DNA from: a virus | Taxonomy: Duplodnaviria > Caudoviricetes | Virus record (IMG/VR): IMGVR_UViG_3300021400_001148 | Span: 1 to 64,000 of that record | Strand: one strand, 5' to 3' | DNA length: 64,000 nt | Shown: one piece after another, positions 28,567 through 37,816 of the stretch | Layout of the letters: the number at the start of each line of letters is the position of its first letter | How positions within the stretch are numbered: the first letter of the stretch is position 1 | Notes under the pieces: generated by a model | Database searches by the model: none | What the model was told of the DNA's origin: nothing | Seen by the model: the letters and a program-made list of their open reading frames with translations, nothing else | Program-made: the position numbers and the translations under genes

Positions 28567-28935
28567 ATGACAAGAGAAGAAGCAGTAAACATCCTGAAAC
28601 AGGTTATCAGTTGGCGACACGATAACCTCAGGGGGCATCATGAAATGAAGTATGTTGCCGAGGCTATAGAGCTTATTATGTCTCCTTTTCTTTCCCTTCC
28701 CTCCAACCCTGACGAGGCGGCGGAAGAAATTGTAAGAGACTGGCTGGCCTATGGGGATGGCGAATATAAGAAACTTGTGATTGCCGGAGCAGAGTGGATG
28801 GCGGGGCAGGGAGAAGTATTTGATGGATTCATGTCAGTAAAAGGAAAGAGAAGCCTCGTTGCGATAAAAGGCTCTTCTCAAAACTTCAAATACGGTGACA
28901 ATGTCATCGTTCAAATCCGAAAGAAACAGCAATAA
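28567..28935 (+). CDS. Hypothetical protein (LPSNPDEAAE...AGAEWMAGQG module)
   Basis: Module shared with 14043-14510. Confidence 0.7.
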   Translation: MTREEAVNILKQVISWRHDNLRGHHEMKYVAEAIELIMSPFLSLPSNPDEAAEEIVRDWLAYGDGEYKKLVIAGAEWMAGQGEVFDGFMSVKGKRSLVAIKGSSQNFKYGDNVIVQIRKKQQ

Positions 28936-29331
28936 TAAACAAAGATATGGCAAAAGAGATTGATGAAAATATTCTGGCAAAATTTCCGGATTATGACGGA
29001 AAACCAGGACATTATGTAGGTAGCAAGGAGTATTGGAAGGGAATATTCGCGTGGGAGGAGAATCGCGACCCCGAACTTCACACTGCATTTAGCAAACTGC
29101 ACAAAGAAATTGTGGATAAAATAATTCAATTTTGTAAGGAGCGTCATCTTGATAACATTGATGAGGTGTTTTTCAAAGCAGACGGACTGATGGCCAGTTA
29201 CGAGTGTGGGAAATGGACTCCATTCACTGATTCAAGCATGAGTTTTATCAAGTGTGCAAAAGATGAAAAAACAGGGTGGATGCTCCCTGACAGAGAACAC
29301 CCGTTTCTTTACGAAATTTAATTTAAATGCT

Positions 29332-29739
29332 ATGGAAACATTGGAGTTAAAAAAAGATAGACCCATTTGGCTTCTTGACGACATTGAAAAGTCGTTGCAG
29401 AACATATACAGCCAGTTCCTCGCTGCTAAAACAAGAAATGAACATTTAAGAGAGGAGAACCAAAAGCTCAAAGGCGAGCAGTACAAAGATAACGAACTCT
29501 CACAAATGAAGTCTGAGTATGAAAAAATGAGAGCAGAATATTATCGCGGTTTCCCAATATCGGAAGAAGAAGGGAAGAAAATCAATGAATGGATAAATTC
29601 GCAACGTGAAAAACTCCCTGCAAATGAAGGGGCAATTGGTGGGCGGTTCCATTACATTTTTCTCCCAACATCAATTGGCGTCGTTGGACAAGTTAAAGAT
29701 ACTTTTACGGAAGACATTTTTACATTTAGAGAACTGTAA
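29332..29739 (+). CDS. Hypothetical protein whose stop codon is supplied by the IS cassette end
   Basis: GAIGGRFHYIFLPTSIG motif; TAA at 29737-29739 lies within the element. Confidence 0.7.
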   Translation: METLELKKDRPIWLLDDIEKSLQNIYSQFLAAKTRNEHLREENQKLKGEQYKDNELSQMKSEYEKMRAEYYRGFPISEEEGKKINEWINSQREKLPANEGAIGGRFHYIFLPTSIGVVGQVKDTFTEDIFTFREL

Positions 29740-30026
29740 ATTACCTACGAATGAATTCGTGGGCTTGACGGAAGCCCGAGGCTCCCATCGATTGGGCGAT
29801 TGACAACGCCCTGCCGCTCAGGAACTTTAGCGTGCCGTCGGACGGAGCTCTATGTTGTAGGTTACCGTGTTCATCTGTGTTCATTATATAAATAGTCTTT
29901 TGCGCCGAAAAGTTCTGTTTTTCCGCAAAAATTTGTATATTTGCGGAAAAGAAATGTTTAACAAACAAAAGGCTAACCGCAATTCCTCCCAACGGCTAAA
30001 GCCGTGGGTTTCCTTGCGGTGATATC
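29736..30026 (-). mobile_element. Non-autonomous IS200/IS605 cassette, copy 3 (apparent internally deleted tnpB, carrying divergent promoters)
   Basis: Same ends as copies 1 and 2 but a different interior: minus-strand TATTTATA plus an MNTVTYNIELRPT remnant, and a plus-strand GCGCC-N29-TATATTTG. Confidence 0.8.
29902..29943 (+). promoter_or_regulatory. GCGCC-N29-TAnnTTTG promoter inside cassette 3
   Basis: GCGCC at 29902, TATATTTG at 29936. Confidence 0.7.
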
Positions 30027-33000
30027 ATGAACAAAAGAGAGTTTGAAATTGCGTCAGAAGATATTAGGAAACGCTTTAATATCTTGAAGGAAGAAGAAAG
30101 GGAACTTCGGAGAAAATACTTTACTGAGGTTCTTGAACGAAATGGGTATCGTATTGGGCAGCATATTTCCTACCAAGGAAAAGAATTTGAAATCTACGGT
30201 TTTGATTTAGGCTTCGCTGCCTCAATCTATGTTCTTGGGCGGCCACTCAAGAAAGACGGAACACCGTCCAAAAATGTTCAAGCATTATACAATCTGCATT
30301 TAAACAAGGAATAGCCAATGATACCACTTCTAACAATAGACAAAGAATCAGTTGAAAAGAACTGGGCGAAAGAAGAAGACCGCAAGTGGGTGTATGACTA
30401 TGTTAACCCCATGTTTGCCGACGATATCCCCACTTATCAATGCGACGATAATTGGGTGAGAATGGGTGTGTTTAAAGAATTTAAAAAGTGTGTACCGGTT
30501 TCTGAATTCTTTGAATATGGGTATTGTGATACAGAAGAATCTCTCGTTAGATACCTTAAACAATATACTGATGATACAGAGAACCAGTATTTTGTTGAAA
30601 TCGGAACAATGAGTATGGACTATGAGAAATACTACAAAAACGGCCCATATGTCAATAAAGATGGAGTTGACACGGGTGAGGATTACTATGAATATATCGA
30701 CGAACATCCTGAAATGAAGGTTAGTCAAGACATCAAGAATGAATGGATAACCTTTGCAATTTACAGGATTATAGGTGAAATGAAAGGATAACCCTTGCAA
30801 TTTACAAGATTATAGGCGATGGGAAAAAGTAAACGGTCAATAAACCTTCCAATATACAACATAGTCCGTTACAGGGATGGAAAGTATGATTGCATATGGG
30901 ACAGTGGTATTACACTTCGCAATGCCTTGAGAATATGTAAGGTATTGAACGAAGATTATCATAGGAACTATGGAGAATATGTTGTTGAAGATGATTGTGG
31001 GAATAAAATAGAAGAATTCGAGGCGTAAATTATGGTTAATCCACTCATTTTTCAGGCAATTTACTACGCTGTAAAAAAAAAGTCACAGGGTGTGCCCAAA
31101 GTATGTTCCAAATGCAAGAATTACAGGAAGGGACATGACTATTGCAAAGCGGGAAGATATACAAGAGATAAAGAGTATCACTGTTCAGATTTGAAAAAGC
31201 GATGATTAATTTTTAACATATGTACTGTTTAAAAATAACACGAAAAGACGGAAGTGACTGTGTGTTTACTATGGTATGGTAGATATGAGTACTAATTATA
31301 CCATATCTGCTCCCAGGGAATGGGTTGAGAAGAACTGTCCTGAACTTTTGACAGATGATGAGTACACATACATCACACAACAAAGTAAATACAAAAAGAA
31401 ATTATTTGGTGGGTATGAAACAATCTGGGAAGATGTAGAACATAAGAAGAAATACTCTGATTTTGTCTATTCCCAGGAAGATGTTGATGAGGGAGAATGT
31501 GACAGGGTTGGAGATATGCCTTTCAGAGAATATTGCGAGAAGAATTTCGGTTCAAAATACTATGAGACCGGATGGTGGGAAGATGATGAGTGCGATGAAG
31601 ATGATAACCAAGAATAACAATTGACACAATGACAAATGAACAATTACATGAAATAGTTGACTATTTTTTAGATGACTATAATAGGAAACTAACTTATGAC
31701 ACTCGTCTTTATGAGTTATTCTGCAAGCATGATGAAGCGGTTGCGGAATACATTAAGGAGGGGCGAAAGTTTTGGCATTTTGACAATAAAAGACAGGAAT
31801 GGCGTAAAATTACCATAACTTATGTTAGAACAGGTGTAATGTTTTTCGTCTTTGATGATGAACCCGAAACAGAACTGGCGTGGTTCATCAATAGTATTAA
31901 TTGTTTGATGCTGCATGCTGCTGAGATTTACCCCGAAGAAATAGGGGAAATATTATCTAAATGGTATCCGGATGCAATAACAGAGTTTCCTAAAATCTGT
32001 AGAAATTGCAAGTGGGATGACAATGAGGGTAATATAAAGATAGAAGTTTTTTAGGAATAGTATGGAAAATAACAAGGAGAATACGCAGGAATGGGGTGTG
32101 AATATGTACATCCTCAGAAATGTATGGCTCAAGAATTCACTTATCAGGATAAGTGAAGAAAACCGTGACGACATTATGCTTGATATCTGTCCAGAAAAGA
32201 ACTTTCGGCAGTCAGGGACTCTGTTTGATGTTGAGGGGTTTAGGGTTTACCTTTATTACCGTGGTGAAGAGACACGAAAGAAAATCATGGAAAATAAGGG
32301 GCTCTTTAGTGAATGGTATGATACCGATTGTTACGATTTGTCTGAGAGCAGGGTTTCCGAACTGAGGAAACGAACCTATGAAGTAAAAAAGATATTTCAG
32401 AAACTGACATTACTCAACAAAGAATTCCAAAAAGCAGTATCTGAAAGTGACGAGGACTTTAAACCAAAGAAAACCTGCAGAGACTGCTGGGATAATTACC
32501 ATTGCCCAATGCCGCAAGAAGGATATGACTATGACCCGGACACCTGCCCGCATAATCTCGATAGGCGATTGGCCGATAATCGTACAACACTTACATCTAT
32601 TGGGGCAAGTAACTGATACTTTGCATATGTTTGCGTTGCTAAAAGAAAAAATTGTTAAAAAAGAAAAAAAATGGAAGAGAAAAAAACCCAGAGTGAGAAG
32701 TGGCTCGATGAGACTGTGGAGAAGATTCCCAAGAATGGCCCGTACAAACTGGCCTGTGCGATAATCGGGCGGAAAATGAAATACAGTGAACTGATTAAGT
32801 TTATTGAACACACGAATGTAAGGAAACTCCAGGAGAAAGAACTCTTTGAGGTTGCATTGAAAGAAGCCATCTCAATATACGAGTTTAACAACGGCCGGCT
32901 TCCGGATGGTGTCGATACAAAAACTCTTTAGATATGGATACAATAATTGGAGTCATAACTTTTGTGGCGATGATTGGGATATTCGTTCTCGGTTTTTGGC

Positions 33001-33273
33001 TTGACGAGCAACAAGAAAAGCGTGTAGCCGAAGAATATCGGAAGAAATGTATGGAAAAATTATCTTATGTTACTTCCGTTATGGACAGTTGTACGACATC
33101 ACAACAAGCTGCGGCAGTATTCATCTGGGCGAAGAATTTGGTGTATGATGAACTGAATTTTCTTAACAGGAACGCCTCCGTAGGCTCAGCACTTCGCAAT
33201 TTTAGCGTTTCGATTGACCTAAGATATAAAATAGCCTATCTTTTTGATAATAAAATAGCGGAAATACAAAGAC

Positions 33274-34029
33274 ATGAGTAATGCAAGAGAACATTTTGTG
33301 CTCTTGGTGGCAGGTGATAATCCATCTTCTCGCCTGAACCAGTTTGACAAGGAACAGCACAAAGAAAAAAAGATGGTTTATAAAAAATCTGATGCAAAAG
33401 AAATTCTCGAGAAATATAAGAAGACTTATGAGGAATTCATGAAGAATCAGCCGCCGGAGGAAATAACGGATTATATCACTGACCAATACAACTATCTTTG
33501 CCAGATGTCTCCGGAGGACTTCTACACCGAGGTGACACACGATATGGAATTGGACGCCGAGGGTAACGCGTGGGTTTACGAGAATCCCAATGCGAAGTTC
33601 AGATATTATGAACCGGCCGGAAAATTTGCCAACCCTCTCATCAATAAAGATGATGAAGAGGTGTATCAGGCAATTAAATCCGATATTGCGTGGGACCAGA
33701 TACATATGTCCGAGCGTGATGTGGCCTACTATGCCCGCGTTTGGGAAATGTGTGTAGAGGGTGAAGAACCGAGAAACGAAATTGAAGAGCGGGCATACAA
33801 AAACATGAAGGAACGAAAGGTGTATTTCCTTAATTTCGAAAACAAGGAAACCTATGTCGCCAGCAACACTTCTTTTTGGGCATATGCCTTTCTCGGTCTT
33901 GATGACAAGTGGGTTGATTTTGAGGATTCTGGCTGCACACAGTTTGATTGGATGACCAGTTTCTATGATAGGTTCATCAAAGACCTGCCCGAAGATACGC
34001 TTATAACAATTTATGAGTGTGCGAGGTAA
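33274..34029 (+). CDS. Phage hypothetical protein
   Basis: HFVLLVAGDNP...NPNAKF...DLPEDTLITIYEC pattern. Confidence 0.7.
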   Translation: MSNAREHFVLLVAGDNPSSRLNQFDKEQHKEKKMVYKKSDAKEILEKYKKTYEEFMKNQPPEEITDYITDQYNYLCQMSPEDFYTEVTHDMELDAEGNAWVYENPNAKFRYYEPAGKFANPLINKDDEEVYQAIKSDIAWDQIHMSERDVAYYARVWEMCVEGEEPRNEIEERAYKNMKERKVYFLNFENKETYVASNTSFWAYAFLGLDDKWVDFEDSGCTQFDWMTSFYDRFIKDLPEDTLITIYECAR

Positions 34030-34058
34030 GATTGGTGGATTTTTTGTATATTTGTAAT

Positions 34059-35141
34059 ATGGAAAAAAACGATAAGATTACATTTGCAGAGTATGTGTCG
34101 CCGGGGCATCCCGATAAGGTGGCAGATATCATTTCGCAGTACATCCTTGACCGCTACATTGAGAAAGACCCCAATGTAAGATATGCGGTTGAAGTTATGG
34201 TAAAGGGGAATCATGTTCTTTTAACCGGGGAAGTGAGCAGTTCTTGTCATTTCGATGACAATGAATACCGGAACTTCGTTCGGCAGGCTTACGAAGAAAT
34301 TGGCTACACCCACGAATATTTTTTGAAATGGGGTAAGAAAAACATCATCGACCCGTGGGACCTCAATGTAGAAATTTACATTACTGCCCAAAGTCCAGAG
34401 ATTTCCCAAGGTGTTAATGCCGGCGGGTGGGGTGACCAAGGAGTTTTCTATGGGTATGCTGATTACGGAGGTGATGTCTATCATATGCCCAAAGCTCATT
34501 CTTATGCTAAGAGCCTTTGCCATGTTCTTTACAACGAGGCAAAAAACAATGATATAGGGGGACTTGACATCAAAACGGAAATTGTGATAGAAGGGGGTGA
34601 GGTTACAAAGGTTATAGCCGCAGTTCCTTGTCGTAACGATATAGAGAAAATGTCGGTTTACAAGAACATTTCTGCGTGGTGCACACTACATGAAATAACA
34701 GGTAGCAAAATCATCCTCAACGGAACGGGAAATTACACTTCTCACGGCCCTGTTGCTGACAGTGGTGTTACCGGAAGAAAACTTGCAGTTGATTTCTACG
34801 GTGGTGGATATGCAATTGGCGGCGGGGCTGTTATTAAAGATTCAACCAAGGCTGATGTGTCCCTCAATCTTTATGCAAGGAAAATGGCTCTTGAATATGC
34901 TGCAAAATATAATGCCACTTCTGTTATAGTGTCCCTTGCTTGCTGTATTGGTTCTCCTGTGGTAGATTATTGTGTTGAGGAGGTATGTGGCAGCGTACTC
35001 GAGTCAGGGAAGAAGAGCATTACACCGGCGGAACTGAAATCTCTGTTGGACCTCGATAAGCCTATTTACACTAGTATGCATATGTTCGGGCTTTTCGGGG
35101 AATTCCAGCAAGATAAAGCGTGGGAAGAGATATATTTATAG
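34059..35141 (+). CDS. metK: S-adenosylmethionine synthetase
   Basis: EYVSPGHPDKVAD, QSPEI, GDQG, DIKT and DSGVTGRKLAVDFYGG motifs. Confidence 0.93.
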   Translation: MEKNDKITFAEYVSPGHPDKVADIISQYILDRYIEKDPNVRYAVEVMVKGNHVLLTGEVSSSCHFDDNEYRNFVRQAYEEIGYTHEYFLKWGKKNIIDPWDLNVEIYITAQSPEISQGVNAGGWGDQGVFYGYADYGGDVYHMPKAHSYAKSLCHVLYNEAKNNDIGGLDIKTEIVIEGGEVTKVIAAVPCRNDIEKMSVYKNISAWCTLHEITGSKIILNGTGNYTSHGPVADSGVTGRKLAVDFYGGGYAIGGGAVIKDSTKADVSLNLYARKMALEYAAKYNATSVIVSLACCIGSPVVDYCVEEVCGSVLESGKKSITPAELKSLLDLDKPIYTSMHMFGLFGEFQQDKAWEEIYL

Positions 35142-35154
35142 GAAAATTTTTTTT

Positions 35155-35877
35155 ATGGACAAGAGTTTGGAATTGATGGTGAGGATGGGCGTACTTCGTC
35201 CGGAAACTGTCTATGGCTTAAGGAAAATTAATGAACTAAATCTCGGGCGAATCCAGAAACACGGGGAGAATGGGATGGTTATAGTTTCGGCAAACAGGAG
35301 TTCCATTAAGTCAGACAATCCTCAGTGTGACTTGCTGGGAGATTATATCGCCTATCTTAAAGCAGAAAACCTCACGGATACCCCGAAACGGGAGAAAGAA
35401 TGGCTTGCAGCTAGGAACAAAGCGGCCGACAAGGACCTCAAGGAAAAACTTATTGCCGGAGGTTATTCGTTCAGTCCTGTTTTTGGCGGTTATCATGGTG
35501 AGGACGGTGTCGTTGACGACTTTGAACCCTCTTACATTATCTACAACTATGACAAAAATGGGAACCCCGGAAACTTCGAAGACTTGCTTGACTTGGCAAA
35601 AAAACTCTGTGGTGAATACAAGCAGGAAAGTGTATTTGTGAAGGGCCCGGGCGACGAGCCCCCAAAATACATAAACTCCGCTGGTGAACAGATAAACAAG
35701 TCTGCAAGCAACGACATGAAATTCAATCGGAAAACGGAATACTACACTACCACTGCTAGGGACCGTTCCAATCCACAGAAATTTTCTGCCAATGTGCTGT
35801 TTGAAAGCATGTACTATCGAGTTTATGAGAGAACTGAAAAAATGGAACATTCTCAGTATGGGGAGTACATTCTCTAA
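35155..35877 (+). CDS. Hypothetical protein, probably late-expressed
   Basis: IVSANR...GGYHGE...E.S....EYKQESV pattern; TATTTATA at 35133-35140. Confidence 0.65.
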   Translation: MDKSLELMVRMGVLRPETVYGLRKINELNLGRIQKHGENGMVIVSANRSSIKSDNPQCDLLGDYIAYLKAENLTDTPKREKEWLAARNKAADKDLKEKLIAGGYSFSPVFGGYHGEDGVVDDFEPSYIIYNYDKNGNPGNFEDLLDLAKKLCGEYKQESVFVKGPGDEPPKYINSAGEQINKSASNDMKFNRKTEYYTTTARDRSNPQKFSANVLFESMYYRVYERTEKMEHSQYGEYIL

Positions 35878-35934
35878 TTGAATCCGCGATAAATGTCGCG
35901 GATTTTTTGTATATTTGTGAAAAGCAAAACAAGA

Positions 35935-36852
35935 ATGAATGTACTTTTAACCGGGGCGAATGGTCAACTTGGACGGGCCATTGCCGATGCCCTTCAAGTG
36001 AGTTCTGAAACAGTCCATAACAACTGGATTTTAACAACAAGGGAAGATTTGGATGTAACCGACGAAGAAACAGTCGAGAAGTACATCCTTGAGAACAAAA
36101 TCAACATCATCGTGAACTGTGCGGCTTATACCGATGTTGACAAGGCTGAGGTTGAACGGGAAAAATGTGAAGCAGTTAATTCATTGGCCCCGGGGTACCT
36201 TGCCAAGGCTGCATCAAAAAACGGAGCACTTCTTATACATTTCAGTACCGATTATGTCTATAATGGAATGACTTTCTTCCCTTACGACGAAAAGAGGCAG
36301 ACCATGCCGAGAAATTATTATGGCTTAACTAAACTGAACGGTGAAAAGGCTATTATTGACTCGGGGTGCAGTTATGTGATATTCAGGCTGCAGGGGCTGT
36401 ATTCCAAATACAAGAAAAATTTCTTCTCGACTATTCTCGAAAAAGCCAGAAGCAATGAGTTTGAAGCAGTTCCTGTCGTAGCAGACCAAATTACGGGGAT
36501 TGTGAACGCTGAAACTGTGGCAACACATCTTTTGGAAATGATTGAAGGAAACCCTTATCTTCCGGGCAGATTGACAAATCGCGGAATTTACAACTTCAGC
36601 GACCTTGGATGTGCCTCTTGGTATGATTACGCTACCTATGCAATCAACTACTGTGGTCTTGCTCCGAAACACGCGAAACCCATCACATCCAAAGAATATA
36701 AGGAAATTAAAATCGGTGCAGCGGACAGGCCCCATTACAGTGTCTTGTCAAAAAGAAAGTACCAGAAAGACTTTTATCAGCCCCTGAACCACTGGTCTTA
36801 CTCACTGAATAATTATCTAGATTTTTATATGAAGAACAATGGCTGGAATTAA
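35935..36852 (+). CDS. rfbD: dTDP-4-dehydrorhamnose reductase
   Basis: LLTGANGQLG, NCAAYTDVDKAE, HFSTDYVY, YGLTKLNGE and RPHYSVL motifs. Confidence 0.93.
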   Translation: MNVLLTGANGQLGRAIADALQVSSETVHNNWILTTREDLDVTDEETVEKYILENKINIIVNCAAYTDVDKAEVEREKCEAVNSLAPGYLAKAASKNGALLIHFSTDYVYNGMTFFPYDEKRQTMPRNYYGLTKLNGEKAIIDSGCSYVIFRLQGLYSKYKKNFFSTILEKARSNEFEAVPVVADQITGIVNAETVATHLLEMIEGNPYLPGRLTNRGIYNFSDLGCASWYDYATYAINYCGLAPKHAKPITSKEYKEIKIGAADRPHYSVLSKRKYQKDFYQPLNHWSYSLNNYLDFYMKNNGWN

Positions 36853-37783
36853 AACAATCGTACTGGCGGGTGGAAAGGCAACAAGGCTTTATCCCACCAC
36901 CCTAGGAGTAAGCAAACAGCTGCTTCCTGTATATGACAAACCCTGTATTTATTATCCGATTTCCGTTGCAATGTTGGCGGGGTCCAGGGATATTCTCATT
37001 ATAACAAATCCGGAGAACATGAGTCCGTTTAAAAGGCTTCTTGGGACGGGGTCTGAACTTGGGGTTTCTTTTTCGTACGCACCGCAACAGAAGGCAAACG
37101 GTATTGCAGAAGCGTTTTTGATTGCTGAGCAATACGGGTTCCTCAAAGAAGGCGAGCCCTGCTGTTTGATTCTTGGTGACAACATATTTCACAGCACAGG
37201 CCTCTCTTCAAAGTTAAAGGCGGCTGCAAAGTTTGCAAAATATGGAAGGGCTTCCGTCTTCGGTTTTTATGTGAACGACCCCCGGAGATACGGGGTTTGT
37301 ACTGTCGACAAGACTGCGGTAATTGGAAATGGATTCCGGCCTTGTACCGGGATTGAGGAAAAACCGGAGAACCCAAAAAGCAACTATGCGGTGGTTGGTC
37401 TTTACTTTTATCCCGGGACTGTTCTTGAGAAGGTCAAACAACTGAAGCCGTCCGCAAGGGGTGAACTTGAAATCACAGACCTCAATAACCTTTATATTGC
37501 CGACGGTGGCAACCGGCTCGGAATACATCTTCTATCAAGGGCGACCGTCTGGTTTGATGCCGGTACATTTGACAGTTTGCTTGAAGCGTCCAATTATGTA
37601 CAGGCCGTACAGAAACGTACCGGATACGAAATCGCCTGCCTTGATGAAATTGCGTATAAGAACGGGTGGATAACCAAAGAGCAACTACTTCAAAACGCAC
37701 AAGAGAATGTCGGGAACACAGAACATCGAGCATATCTTGAAAAAATATGTCTTGAAGAAGAAGGCGGTGACGACGAAGATTAA
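36839..37783 (+). CDS. rfbA: Glucose-1-phosphate thymidylyltransferase
   Basis: LAGGKATRLYPTT..SKQLLPVYDKP, LGDNIF, EEKP, SARGELEITD and WFDAGT motifs. Confidence 0.95.
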   Translation: MAGIKTIVLAGGKATRLYPTTLGVSKQLLPVYDKPCIYYPISVAMLAGSRDILIITNPENMSPFKRLLGTGSELGVSFSYAPQQKANGIAEAFLIAEQYGFLKEGEPCCLILGDNIFHSTGLSSKLKAAAKFAKYGRASVFGFYVNDPRRYGVCTVDKTAVIGNGFRPCTGIEEKPENPKSNYAVVGLYFYPGTVLEKVKQLKPSARGELEITDLNNLYIADGGNRLGIHLLSRATVWFDAGTFDSLLEASNYVQAVQKRTGYEIACLDEIAYKNGWITKEQLLQNAQENVGNTEHRAYLEKICLEEEGGDDED

Positions 37784-37784
37784 G

Positions 37785-37816
37785 AAAAATCCCGGGGAAT
37801 TTTCCTCGGGATTTTT
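37785..37816. terminator. Bidirectional terminator between convergent genes
   Basis: AAAAATCCCGGGGAA/TTCCTCGGGATTTTT. Confidence 0.8.

Larger units (their letters stand above)
13209..33281 (+). other. Array of ~50 small, mostly hypothetical phage ORFs (accessory region)
   Basis: Dense, co-oriented, often ATGA-overlapping ORFs with shared peptide modules, punctuated by TAnnTTTG promoters. Confidence 0.85.
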
